Source: a virus
Taxonomy: Duplodnaviria; Caudoviricetes
Length of the DNA stretch: 64,000 nt
Reading direction: 5' to 3' (one strand)
Virus record (IMG/VR): IMGVR_UViG_3300044878_000218
Location: 23,517-87,516 of that record
The position numbers and the translations under genes were made by a program. A model generated the notes under the pieces. It ran no database searches. It was not told the DNA's origin and was given only the letters and a program-made list of their open reading frames with translations. Below, in pieces: positions 38,523 to 50,944 of this stretch (positions are counted from its first letter, which is position 1; every line of letters begins with the position of its first letter).

Positions 38523-38902
38523 GCTGGGTTCCTGTACATGGTGTTGAAGTGGTTGGTGAGCACGGTGTACAGCCGTTCAGGCTGGGTCACACCGAGCTTG
38601 TGGCAGATCTGCGCCTTCTCTTCGTCGGTCCAGATCCGCATCAGCGCCGCCTCTTGTGGCACCTCCCACATGGCGCCGGGGGTGTAGAGCATGGCGAAGT
38701 TCAGCGACTTGCCGACGTTGCCGCGTTGAGGCTTGGTGACCGCGCTGTACATGATGCCCAGCACGATCGCCGTGGTGATGGTGTGGATGTCCAGCAGCGC
38801 ACTGGTGGGCTTGAACGGGGTGTCGCCGTTCTTCTCCAGGTGCTCCAGAATGCGTTTCTCCAGCGCTGCGTAGTCAGCGTTGATCACAGTTTTGTCGCTC
38901 AC
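38519..38902 (-). CDS. Stand-alone family A polymerase fragment (motifs A and B only)
   Basis: ADYAALEKRIL, DIHT.T, QR..GKSLNFAMLY in 127 aa. Confidence 0.7.
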   Translation of the reverse strand: MSDKTVINADYAALEKRILEHLEKNGDTPFKPTSALLDIHTITTAIVLGIMYSAVTKPQRGNVGKSLNFAMLYTPGAMWEVPQEAALMRIWTDEEKAQICHKLGVTQPERLYTVLTNHFNTMYRNPA

Positions 38903-41900
38903 TTCAGGTACTCCTTACGCACTCGGCGCAGTACGGTTGCATGACTCAGGCCGGGCCAGCCATACAGCCGGGCGGCTCCGTCCTCGGTGAATTGAATCCA
39001 CTCGGTCCAGGTGTACGGGTCAGCCAGGCTGATCGAGCGATCAGCGCGGCGTACCAACTTGGCTCGGGTGTCGTCGCCGGTGTTGGCCGCCAGCAACTCC
39101 ACGATCCCCGCCTGCGCCGCTTCAGTCAGCGACACCGAGGGGAACCGTGGGTCTTTGGCGAACTCGATCAGGTCCGAGTAGGGGATGGATTTCTCCTTCT
39201 CCCAGCGGTCAAAGAAGCTCTGCAGCTGCTTCCGTTTCCAGTGGGAGGTGGCTTCCAGCAGCGTCTGGCCAGGGCGAGCCGGCCAGGTAGGCTGCAAGAT
39301 CATGTTGACGTTCAACTTCTTGCTCCTCGGTCCTGTTGGGTACGAAGACCCATCCTTGTACAAAAAACCCTTCAGCGATCGGCATCACTTCCGGGGTGGT
39401 GTCGATCACCAGCATGTCGGCGGCGCGGCTGGCGACCTGCCTGGCCCTGACTCGGGCATCGGCAATCTTCAGCCGGCTCTTCATCAGGCCTTCGTTGAGC
39501 TTCACCAGCTTGCCCATCGGGTAGGTCTGCGACATCTGCAGTAGCAGGTCGACCTCTTCCTCGTTCAAGCCGGCCGGCGGCTTGGCGCCCTTCTGCATGT
39601 AGTGGACGAGGTTGGCCCGCCAGTGTTTCGGGTCCAGGTGCATGCACTTCATCAGCACCAGCACCTGCTCCACTGACAGCTCGCCATGTCGAGAGGCGAT
39701 GGTGACCACGCGGAAGTTGCCGCCGGTCTCGACGTCGACCCGGATCTGAGCGTACTTGGTGGCCTGTTCCTCGCTGTGGAACTTGCCGCCGGGGGACCAG
39801 TACCCCTTGCGGCGCCATTGGACTTGATGGGTGAACGGTTTTCTCACGTCGCCACCTCGAAGATCGCATCCAGGCCTTCGCGCAGCTGATCCAGCTTCAG
39901 CCCCTTGGGCAGCCAGTTGCAGGCGCCGGTCTTCTTCACTTCCTTCAGGGCCAGGTACAGGCTGCGTAGCGGGGCTTCGTAGTCCTCCGGTATGCCGGTA
40001 GGAGACGGGATGTGCAGCAGGCTCTGGACTTCTTGGCGGTCGAACCAGACCACCAGACCCAGCTTCTCCAGCCGGGCGTTGCCTTTAAGCATGGCGGCTT
40101 GATCGAGGCCGACTTCTGTGACAAAGCAGACATCGCTGCTGCCGTCTTTGCGGGCGTCGTACTTCTTCAGCGAGCTGTCGAGGTTCTGGTAGGTGACACC
40201 GTGGTTCATCAGGACAAGGTTCTGCAGACTTTTCATGGCGGACCTCAGATCACAAGGATGGGTTGGCAGGCTGCCGGGTGGCGGCCCTTGTTCAGCAGCA
40301 GGTCGATGGCTTCCTCGCAGGCTTCCTCATCGCTCATGCGGGAGGTCTTGTGGAACACCACGTAGGTGAAGACCGGCTTTACACTTGGGGCAGGGTCCAG
40401 TACCGGCTCGAACTTCACCACCTTGGTGAAGCGGGCGCCGATGTCGAAGATCACCTCGAAGTCGCCGTGGCCTGGGTGCGTCTGCAGGCGGCAGGTGGTC
40501 ATGTCGTTGTTGTCCGCCTTGACCTGCACCCAGTTGATACCTGCCTCGTCGGAGGGGTGGGCAGCCCACAGGAAGCCGTCGTCTTCGTCGCGGAAGACTG
40601 TCTTGTAGTCACGGCCGGTGCCCATGAAGACCCGCAGGCCTTCCTTGAGCAGGGCGTCGATCTGGTCAATCGTCAGCATTGGGGGTCACCTGCTTTCATG
40701 TCTTTGATCAGTTGGTTGATCGGGTTGAGGGGTTCGCCTTCCGTCACCGGCAGCATACGAGTCACCTGTAGTTCACGGATCAGGTGCCCTTGGTCACTGG
40801 CCAATGCGGTCAGGACCTGCTGCAGTGCTCTGGTGTCCACGAAGGTGATGTTCTGGAAGTACCCCTGCTGCTTCATCCCGTGGTACATCGCGAGGACCTG
40901 CGAGTCGCGGAAATTCCAGCTCTTGTTGATGCGCTCGATCAGGCAGTCCATCAGCCGTTCGTTGGTCACCGAGTCCGGTACGTCGGAGACCGGCATCGGC
41001 GGAACCTGTGCGGTGCCGTCGTCATGCCAGGCACGGCGCTGGATCTCGTTGCGCTGGAATCCGGTGAGCAGTTCCCCCTCATCCAGGCGCTGAATCAGGC
41101 GGTCAGCCAGTAGCGTGGTCGGGATGTTTTCGTTGTTGGCGCGGCGCTCTTGCACCTCGGCACACAGCAGCAGGACGTCGCCGTAGCCGCACAGGGTGCA
41201 GTCTTCCGCTGCGGCAGCGATGGCCGCGATGTTCTTGTCACTCAGGCGCATGGGTCACTCCCATCCCGCATTTGCAGCGGGCTGTGTATTTCTTCACGGC
41301 CACGTTGGCCGACACACTGACGGGCTGCTTACGCATTTTGCCCTCAGCAATGCACACGCAGACCCTCTCGAAGACAGCCCGCATGATCTCGTTCTTTGTC
41401 TGTGGCACGGCGAAGGCCCGGCGCTCACCCTCGTAGGTGGCTTCGAACCCGAAGAAGTCCTCGCCCTGGCGCCAGCCGGTGTAGTCAGCGACGCGGTAGC
41501 CTTCGACAAAGACCATGTACCCGGCCGGCACTGGACGGCCCGACTCGAGTATTTTCCAGCCGTCGGGTGGGGCCGGTACATCAGTACCGTTACGTAGGGT
41601 GCGGTAGCGCCCCCACTTACGGCCTTGGCCTCGATCCCGTTCGCTGCCTCGCTCGACCCACTCCCACACCGGTCGGCCATTGCTGATCATGGCCCGGCCG
41701 AAGGAGTACATCTGCTGGCGCACCATGAGCACGCCCTTGACGTATTTCTCGTCGCCTTCCTTCAGCTTGCGCGGTGGGGTGCCTCGCCGGACGTGAAGCC
41801 GGATGCTGTCAATTCTCGGGGTCATTGGGGATCTCCACCAGCTTGGGTAGCTGATCAATGTCAAAGTCCCAGTCCTTCAGCTCGCCCCGGATGTGATCGG

Positions 41901-43881
41901 CGCGCTTCTGCAAGACCAGCTTGGCGGCTGCCACTGCAGCGTCCCGGAACTCAGGGCGGGAGTTGCCCAGGACCTGAACGTGCAGGTGGCCTGGGGTCTG
42001 GATGCTGGTGTACAGCTGATCCAGCTGCGCCCAGTCTTCCAGCAGGCGGTGGATCTTGCGGTGCTGTTCCATGTCGATCATGGGTGCGGTACTCCGCAGT
42101 CAGCGCAGAAGATCGCCCCGGTCCCGGCGTGGCCAAGCCACGTCGGGTGGGTGCAGAACGCCTGCTGGATGGCCTTGGCTGCCTCGTAGACGTAGGGGTT
42201 GAGGTCGTAGATCCCCTCGTCCTGAACCTCGCCCTGCAGCTTCAGCTTGAAGCCGTTGGCCAGGCAGATCTCGCGGATCTGTTCGTTACTCAGCAGCCTC
42301 ATGCTCGGCCTCCTTGACGAATACACGGATGTCCCGGCCACACACGGTGACGTCGCGCTTACGCAGCTTCGAGGTCACCCGGTATTTGTCAGCGCGCTCG
42401 TCGTAGCTGATGACGCGACCACGGTCCAACTGCAGGCGGATCGACCAGGTGACGACCTGGCCCACCTCGATGTCCGGCACCGGGACACCGGCATTTTTCA
42501 GGGCAATGTCCACGGCCTTGCGGAAGTTGCGCGGCGACAGCTGGGTCATCTCGGCCGGCTGAGCCATGAGCACGTCGACCTGGGCCTTGCTGAGCAGCGT
42601 GCCTTTGTGGAAGATCTCGATCATTCCGAGACCTCCGCTACCGGCTTCGGGATGCACTCCGGGCAGGCCGTCTCCAGATGGACCCCTTCATGGTCCTTCT
42701 CGGTGGTCGACACAACCTTGGTGCCGTCGCAGACGTGGCACACGCCGTCTTCACGGATGCCCAGCTTTGGCAGCCCGCCCTTGAGGGTGACCTGCACGGC
42801 GCCGAACTCAGGGCTGTGGCCTTCCATGGTGACACCGGCAGCTGCCTCTTCCTTGGAGATCCGCCCTTCTTGCTTGGCGATCAGCATCTGTGCGCTGACC
42901 ACCGACTGCAGGAAGCGGAACTGGCCGACCTCCTTGAAGATCTTGCGGTGGAAGGCGGCGCGGGCAATCTTCTTCACCTGGTGCGAAGGCATGCCCAGCG
43001 CCGAGATGTCGGTCAGCGGGTTGCGGCTGTTGGGGTGCAGCATCACCGCCTTGATGTTGAATCCAGTGCTGAGCTCATGGATCGAGAGCGGCGCCTGGAA
43101 CCCTTTCTGGTGGCCGGACTCAACGCACAGGGCGAAGTCGAAGTCCATGCCGCCGACCTGCTGCTTCCACTGGAAGTAGCACGGTGCGTCGATCAGGCCT
43201 GCTGCGGTGCGGACCTGTACCACTGATTTTGCTTTCATACCCATTCCTTACTGTCGAGCCAGAGGTTGATGTCGTACTTCATCACCGGTGAAACCAGTGG
43301 ATCTTCGAGGGCCGCAGCCATCCAAGCGCCCACCAGCTTGTCTTCTTCGGTGGCTTTGGAGGTCATGAACCGTAGGCCCACGACCTCCGCCTGCCGTACC
43401 CGGGTACGGTTGATCTTTTTGTTGGCGATAACACCCTGCCAACTCTTCACCGCCTCGTTCGCCTCGTCGATGTGCGCGGCTTCCTCGAAGATCTTGGTGC
43501 CGTTGCTCAGGGTCAGCTGCACCCCGAGCGGCTGCTTGATCTCGACGTTGCACAGTGCCGACTGTCCATGCCACCAATCAGCGTGCATCTTGGCCCGGTC
43601 GATACACTCGAACCACTCGACCTGGCCTGGCTGATTTCCGTTGGTGTTGTTGGCGGTAACCTTGATTTTCATGCTTCCCCTTCCTTAACCAGCACACTTA
43701 TCTCCTCACCGTGGTAAGCCAGCCCTGCTACGTCCAGCTGGGCGCCGTCGCTGGTCAAGGTGGTAGTCACCTCGACCAGTCTGTCCATCAGGTCATTACG
43801 AGCCTGGGCGGCGTCCATCCCTTCAATGTTGACCTTTCCTCGGAGGGTCAAGGTGTATTCCAGATGCTGCAGGTCCATCAC
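38899..43881 (-). other. Cluster of tightly packed small hypothetical phage ORFs (e.g. 39844-40236, 40245-40679, 40673-41251, 41809-42081, 42621-43244, 43235-43672, 43669-43881)
   Basis: Overlapping start/stop codons, same strand, no recognisable domains. Confidence 0.6.
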
Positions 43882-45941
43882 GCGCTCTCCTGCATCTCGC
43901 GGCCCAAGGCCCAGCGAGGGATGTTTGCTGAGACCAGTGCACGGGCCAGGCCCGGTGGCACCGAGTTGCCGACCATGCGAACTTGCGCATGCTTCGGAAG
44001 TGCTTTGCCCATCACGACTTCATGCTGATAGTCAGCCGGGAAGCCTTGGCAGCGGTACAGCTCATGCGGCTCCAGCATTCGCATGCCGATGTCGACGATC
44101 TGGTAGTCCTGACCCTTGATGGTGACCAGACCGAAGCGCGCCTTGCTGGTGATGGTGTCCAGCGGTTCGTTGCAGCCCACCGCACCGCCGGTGCCATAGA
44201 ACTTGATCAGGAAGGCCTGCACCTCGGCGAAGTGGTTGCCCTGGGCACCGATGGTGTCCAGTGGGCGATCCAGCGGCTGACCGTGCTTGCAGGTGCCTTT
44301 CAGTTTGATCAGGCTGCTGGCGACCACGGCCGACTTGCCGCCGCCACCGGCAGTGATGGCGCCCAGCGGTTCATCGGCGCTGTGGCCGATGCTGTTGCCG
44401 AAGTCGCGCTGGATGTGAGCCACTTCGATGGCGTCGTTCAGGTCCTGTACCGGATCAATCGACTCCAGCGTGCATTCCATCACCGAGTTGTGGTCACGGG
44501 CGGTGATGGTCGGCAGCGGTTTGTCCAGGGTCTGGCCAACCACGCCGGTGAAGTGCTTGAGCAGTGCTGCCACTTGGATGTGGCGGTTCTTGCTGGTCAC
44601 TACTGACAGCGGCTCGTCGAAGCCGCGGCTGGTATCACCGGTGCTCTGGTGGTCGATGGTGGAAATGCAGCCCATCACCAAGGGCTCCAGCGTCGTTTCC
44701 AGCACGCCGAGGGCATGAGCCGCACCAGCAGGCCGGGCGGCGCCGCCGCCGGCTGTAATCGTTGGCAGCGGGTCGTTGCAGCTGGTGCCGCCCGAGTCAC
44801 CGCGGAACTTCATGATCGCTGCAGCTGAGGTCAGCTGCGATTCCACGTTGCTGAAGTCACGGACCATGGCGATGTCGACCAGACCGGTGCCGTGCTTGCT
44901 GGTCAGGGTGGCGATCGGCTCGTTCAGCGGCTGGCCACGGAACATGTCGCCGCCGTGGTTGACCTTGACGAGGAACGCATCGTCCCCGGCGCCGATGACG
45001 AACTTCTGGATGCCCTTGAAGATACGGGCCAGGGTCTTCTCGGCCAGCGGCTTCTTGCGGTCGAAGATCGACGGGCAAGGGATGCTGAAATCGAGGTTTT
45101 CACCGGCGGTCTTCCACGGCTGCAGCTTGCCCGGGTTGGCCTTGATCAGCTTGGGGCTGGCGTGGGTTGGCTCGGGCCAGATGATAGGCAGCCCGTCCTT
45201 GCGGGCCATCAGGAAGAAGCGGTTGCGGGTGGTCGGGTCGCCGTAGTCACAGGCGTTGAGGCCTTTCTCGCGCCACTCGACCTGATACCCAGCCTCACGC
45301 AGCTGCTTGACGAACTGCTTGAAGGTCTGTCCGGCGCGCTTCTTGTCCGGCACCAGCGCCTGATCCCAGTAGCGGACCTGTTCGCCTGGCTCGCTGACCA
45401 CCTCGTTCATCACCGGGTTGCCGTCCTTGTCCTTCTTCACAGGGTCGGCGACCAGCTTGATGACGCGCTTGGTGACCTTGCAGCGTTTGGCAATCAGCGG
45501 ACCCCAGGTCATGAATTCCTTCACGTTCTCCATGAAGACCATGGCCATGTCGGCTTGGCCTACCCACTTCTTGACGATCCAGGCCAGGCCGCGGATGGCC
45601 TTCTTCACTGGCTTGCCGCCTTTGGCGACGGAGAAGTGCGTGCAGTCAGGGCTGAACCAGCCCATCAAGGCTGGCTCGTTGTTCAATGCTTTGGGGATGT
45701 TGATGTCCCACACCGACTCGTTGTAATGCTTGGTGGTGGGGTGGTTCTGTTCGTGCATCATCAGCGCTTCAGCGTTGTGATTCACGGCGATGTCAGGGGA
45801 GAAGCCGAGGCCTTGGGCGATGCCAGTGCTGGCGCCGCCGCCACCGGCGAAGTTGTCAGCGACCTTGCCGCCGATCCAACGGTAATTCGCAGGCATGGGG
45901 AGGGTGTTGATGTCTCGCATCGTAAATCCTTTAGGCGCCAC
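43878..45941 (-). CDS. C5 cytosine DNA methyltransferase with repeat-expanded variable region
   Basis: FAGGGGAS (I), SPDC (IV), ENV.EF (VI), TRNRFF (VIII), RML...L...QGFP (IX), GNSV (X). Confidence 0.93.
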   Translation of the reverse strand: MAPKGFTMRDINTLPMPANYRWIGGKVADNFAGGGGASTGIAQGLGFSPDIAVNHNAEALMMHEQNHPTTKHYNESVWDINIPKALNNEPALMGWFSPDCTHFSVAKGGKPVKKAIRGLAWIVKKWVGQADMAMVFMENVKEFMTWGPLIAKRCKVTKRVIKLVADPVKKDKDGNPVMNEVVSEPGEQVRYWDQALVPDKKRAGQTFKQFVKQLREAGYQVEWREKGLNACDYGDPTTRNRFFLMARKDGLPIIWPEPTHASPKLIKANPGKLQPWKTAGENLDFSIPCPSIFDRKKPLAEKTLARIFKGIQKFVIGAGDDAFLVKVNHGGDMFRGQPLNEPIATLTSKHGTGLVDIAMVRDFSNVESQLTSAAAIMKFRGDSGGTSCNDPLPTITAGGGAARPAGAAHALGVLETTLEPLVMGCISTIDHQSTGDTSRGFDEPLSVVTSKNRHIQVAALLKHFTGVVGQTLDKPLPTITARDHNSVMECTLESIDPVQDLNDAIEVAHIQRDFGNSIGHSADEPLGAITAGGGGKSAVVASSLIKLKGTCKHGQPLDRPLDTIGAQGNHFAEVQAFLIKFYGTGGAVGCNEPLDTITSKARFGLVTIKGQDYQIVDIGMRMLEPHELYRCQGFPADYQHEVVMGKALPKHAQVRMVGNSVPPGLARALVSANIPRWALGREMQESA

Positions 45942-48248
45942 GGGGCGTCCTTGCTGATTAAAGTTGAATGGTTTTCAGCCAGTCGATCACGACCAGGCGC
46001 AGATCTTCTTTCGTTACGTCGGTGTCGATCATCATCTCGACCACCAGGTCAGCCAGTGACCCCCGACTTGCGTCATTGAGCAGTTCGAACCAGACCACAC
46101 CGTCCCAGTCACCCGGGTGTTCACGGTGCAGCTGCTTGACCAGCTTCAAGGTCTTCTTGGCGGCCAGGTAAAAATCACCCCACTCGCCGACTTGGACCCG
46201 GTAAACCTCGCCTTCAGGCAGGCGCTCTTCCAGCTCGTTGGCCTTCATCAAGGCTGCAACGAGGCACACAACGTCGATTTTATCTACTGCGCAATGGCTA
46301 TGAATCATGCTGCACCTCTGAGAGACAGGCACAGGCATACCTCGCCAAGTGGCGAAGTATCCTATGCGGTGGGGTTGAATTGCTACAGGTTTATTCTTTG
46401 GCGGCGAACCGGCTGACGCCCGGCGAGCTGGTCTGGTTCATGATCCGTGTCACCCGGTTGGGGGTCAGGGTCTTGACCTTGCCCAGCGTCTCGCGCATCC
46501 GCTCCAGACAGCGGTCATAGCCGTGCTGCTCAGCCTCGGCGATGATCTTGGCGGCGTTCTTCTCGAAGGCCTTGGCGTTCTTGGTCAGCCGGGCGATGGC
46601 GCTGGCCTCGCCCTGTTCGGCACCGCGCGCCTCGGCGGCGGCGATGATCTCGGCCAGGCCTTCGTCGCTGATGATCCGCACACCGTTCAGCTGCATCCGG
46701 CCATAGGTCTGACAACCTGTACCGTCGGCACCGGCGCCGATGTAGCCGCCGATCAGTTCCACGCTGGTCTCGGACCGGTCCAAGACGTCCTGGGTGAAGC
46801 GAACCTTACTCTTCTTGGCCATCTTCCTCTCCGTCGTCGATTACGCTGAACCAGCCGCACTTGTTGCCGTTGACATCGCGGATCGGCACGATGCCGTCCG
46901 GGTGGTCGCCGTCTTCGATACGCTTGGCCACCTCCCTCATGATGCGGCCGATCTCGGTGGCTGGGCCTTCGGCGAAGGCGGCGTTGTTGTTGCTGTCGAT
47001 CTGAACGCTGATGCTGACTGTCATGCTTTATCCAACCGATTGGAGGGCCAGGTAGACGTGTGGTGTGGCCCTTTGACGGAGACCCACACGTATTGCTCGC
47101 CAGTGCTATTGGCGTGGATGGCGCCGGTGAAGGGTTCCTTCACCTCGCCGATGAACGACTTGTCGCCTCGGTCCGGCGGGCAGTACACCTTGTCCCCAGC
47201 CTTCAGCTGCAGAGCGCGCTCGATGTTCATTGCAGCCACCCTCTGATGCGGTTGATGACGCCCCGAGCCCACTTGCTGCTGGGCAGCGCGCTGTTCGAGG
47301 TGCTGATCTGGATGCGGCAGCCTGGCGGACCCCACTGCCATGCCTCACGGATCATCATGGCGACCACGATGTTCTTCGGCGTGGCCATCGGCCCCTTGTA
47401 GCCTTTGTCCTCGGCGTAGATCGCCTCACCGTGGGTCTTCAGCAGCTCGTCCAGCTGCTCGACCTGGTTCTTCACCGACATCTGGATCAGCTCGATGGCG
47501 TCCTTTCGGATTTCCTGCAGACGTTCTTGTTTTTCGTTCATGGCCGGCTCCCTTTGGGCGGCGCGCTGCGGTATTCATCACAGGCTCCCATCAGCTTTTC
47601 AAATGCCTTGTACATATTGCCGTCGTACACCTGGACCGGGTGAACAGTGATACCGGAGGTCCGGCTTATCCACACCACCATAGACATCTCGCCGGACTCG
47701 GCGTGCTTGACGTAGGCGCTGACCACGGTGGACGGATCGAACATGCAGCCCTCTCCCAGCCTCACCAGCGGCGTCTTGACTACCGAGGCGGGTTGGCTGC
47801 CCATCCGGCTCTTCGGAGTGGTCGGAGGCTTGTCACCGGGTTGGCTGAGCGGCTTGCGCTTGGGGTACTTAGGAGTGCGGGGCTCGGTCATTTGTAGAAC
47901 CTCGCCTTGGGGAATTGCTCCAGCACCTTGAGCTTCGCATCGCGGCGGGTGATGCCACGGATGAACATCTCGATGTGCACCACCTCGTCGCCGACGTCGG
48001 CGTAATACCAGGCTCGGTACATCCAGCCGGTCTTCGGGGTGGCGCAGCCCCAGTAAGTGCCGGACTGGGCGCAGTAGGCACCGCAGGGCGACATCTTCAG
48101 CAGGTTGAGGTGGATGGTGCCGGTGAAGTCAGGGTCGGCATCCGTGGTGTCCCGCATGCCCATCGGTGCACCGCGGCTGCAGTTGCGCATTTTCATGATG
48201 GAAGGCTGCTGGGACTTGGGGTAGCAGAGGTCAACGGTATCGGTCATA

Positions 48249-48446
48249 TCAGCTCCGAGGAACGGGGGTTGGGTCACTGGCGGGCAGCGCGATCACTGCG
48301 TGGTTGTAGGTTTCAAAGCCGCACTGCTTGGCGGCCTGTTCAAGCGAGACCTTATAGTCCAGCTTCTGGCCCTTGTCCCGCGCCGCACGGCGCAGGTTTT
48401 GGGCGATCTTGTTGACCCTGGCCAACGATCGGGGTTTGTCCGTCAC
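48249..48446 (-). CDS. Small helical protein of the so-called glyoxalase-superfamily N-terminal type
   Basis: A..LR.......G..L....SLE.AAK..GF..YN. Confidence 0.5.
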   Translation of the reverse strand: MTDKPRSLARVNKIAQNLRRAARDKGQKLDYKVSLEQAAKQCGFETYNHAVIALPASDPTPVPRS

Positions 48447-50944
48447 GCCACCCTCCTGTCGTTATCGGCTGAGTAGTCGCCGTAGTAGTTGCCCTCGTAG
48501 AACAGCATGTCTTCCACGAACGGGATCAGCCTCTCGTCCCAGGTGCCGTCGTCCTTGTAGGTGATGACCTTAACCCCTTCCTCAAGGAACAGGATGGCGT
48601 CACCGGTCGGCGCCACGTGGCCCTCGACACTGCTGGCGCAGAACCCGAAGTCCTCCATCTCTTCCTTCGGGTCCTTGCGGCCGTGGGTCATGTTGAGGAC
48701 CAGCTTGTGCCCCATGTGCTCAGGGGTGATCAAGACCTTGTCAGGGAACTGACGCAGTTCAACGACCGGATCTTCGCCGCTGCTCCCTACCCGCAGGTTG
48801 CTGCAGTAGGTGATGGCGACGTAATAGGAGGCCTTCAGGTAGACCCGCATGTCGGCTTGCACCGCGTTAAACAAGTTGCAGCTGGTTTGCACACTCATGA
48901 TTTACTTTCCTTTTTGGCCAGGTAGCGGCCGATTAGTCGTTTGGCGCCGATCACACTTTTCACGGCGCGGGCTTTGTCACCTTCGTAGCGCTGGACCTGC
49001 ACCTCTTCTTTCTTTCTGGTGCGGTTCCAGCAGGTGTGGATGTACCCGCCTCGGTAACCGAAGGTGTGGAACGTGTCTTTGTCATCCATCGAGATCTCCC
49101 AGGCTGAGCACTTTGCGCCCGCCCTCTTGGCTGATGACGTGGTTGTCCATCCGGTCGAGGACGATGCTGTAGCCGCCGGAGTCCCAGTACCAGACCTCGA
49201 AGGCCCGGTTGTGGTGTTTGCACCAGGTGATCAACACCCACAGCGTGGTGACCTGTGGCGAGTGGTTGGACATCCCGTGGCGTTGGAACTCCTCGATGAC
49301 CCGGCGGGCCACTGAGTTGGTGACCGCCGTTGGCCTGCCAGCGCCGAGGAAGCGGACGGCTGGCGGGTAACTCTTTAGCCGGCCATCCCCGTCGAACGGG
49401 GCGAACTCTGCGTGCTTGCTCACTTGTCACCCTCCAGCAGTAGGCTGACCCCGTGACGGCTGCCGCCCAGGCTGCTGTTGCACAGCTCACAGTCCGACCA
49501 GCTGAACTCGTCGTAACCGGTGCCTTCCTCGTCATCCTCGGTGGGCTGGATGCCGGTGACCCAGTGACCTTTACGGTCGCCCAGCTCAGCCTTCATCCGG
49601 GCTTCAAGGTGGGCGTTGTCGGCGCCCGACATGTTGTCGCTGTGGCCGTGGGCGATGCTGAGTAGGCAGTCCTCACAGACGCTGTACTCAATCTGGTCAG
49701 TGATTGCCATAGCCGTTCTCCTTCAGGGTGCGCTTGATGGTTTCCACCAGATCCGGCATCAGGCCGGCGTCGGTCCGGGTCAGCAGGACCAGCAGTGCTT
49801 CGTAGTGGCTGGCGCGGCAGATCGGGCACTTATAGCCGTGAGATGACTCCAGGTGCTTGTCGCAGATCCCGTAGTAATCCGGCAGGTCCCGCTTGCCTCG
49901 TTCCGCCAGCCCGTCGCAGTCGACTCCGTTGTTGCGAGCCAGCTCGTACAGCTCGAAGTCCGAGGCGCTGGTGGCGCAGCGTTGCTTACCGCTGAGGTGG
50001 TCGTTCAGCTCGTCCAGGGTCTTGATGTCGTACAGCAGGTCGAAGACGTAGGGCAGCTGCTGGCTCATGAGAACACCTGCCCGACGACGACCGTCTCCAT
50101 GTCCTTGGCGATGGAGATGACCACACCGTGGAACGCTGACTGCGCCGACGATCCGTCCCAGCCGGCCTTGGCCAGCATGCCGTCAGGATGGACCCGGGTG
50201 AACTCATCCAGATCCCACACGTTGCCCTTGAAGCGGAAGCCGTTGAAGGACATCTCCTTGCAGTGGTCGTCGATGTAATCCATCTCTTTCTTCTCGGCGT
50301 CGGTCAGTTCGTACCAGTCGATGACCATCCGCGGCTGCAGGTTGGTCTTGACGACGGTGCCGTCACCTAATTTCTTTTGTGGCATGGGAGGAACCCTCTC
50401 AGTATTTGCTTTCGGATTGAATCCGCTGGAGCATCCAGTCGGACTCGTAACAGGTGTTGCCAATCGCCTCAGCCATCAATATGAGGGCTGCAGCTGTGAA
50501 CGTGACCCCGTTGTACGGGTTGGGCTCTCGCAGGTCTCGATCACTGAGGGTGATGTAGCCTGGCTGCCAGACGACGAGGACATCAGCTCTAACCATTGCT
50601 CCACGCTCCGCCGGGTCACGACCGGCTTTTGTTGTTTTCGGTCAGCCATCTTCATGGCCTTGATGAAGGTGCGGCACCCGGCCTGAGTGCCTTTGTAGGC
50701 CTGAGCCCAGCCACTTGGCAGCTGAACCATGACCCGGTGTTGGTCGTACTTCATCCGTGTCCCTCAAGTTCATCTCGCAGGCGCTTGGCCTCGCCGTCGG
50801 CATGGTTGATCAGCTCGCGCATCGCCGGCATCGCATGCTTCTTCTCGATCTTGTCGATCATGCCTCGCAACACACCGTTGAGTTGTACGGTCAGTTCAAT
50901 GGCTTCGTCGGCCACTCGCTCGGCGTTGGCCAGGGCTTTGTTGC

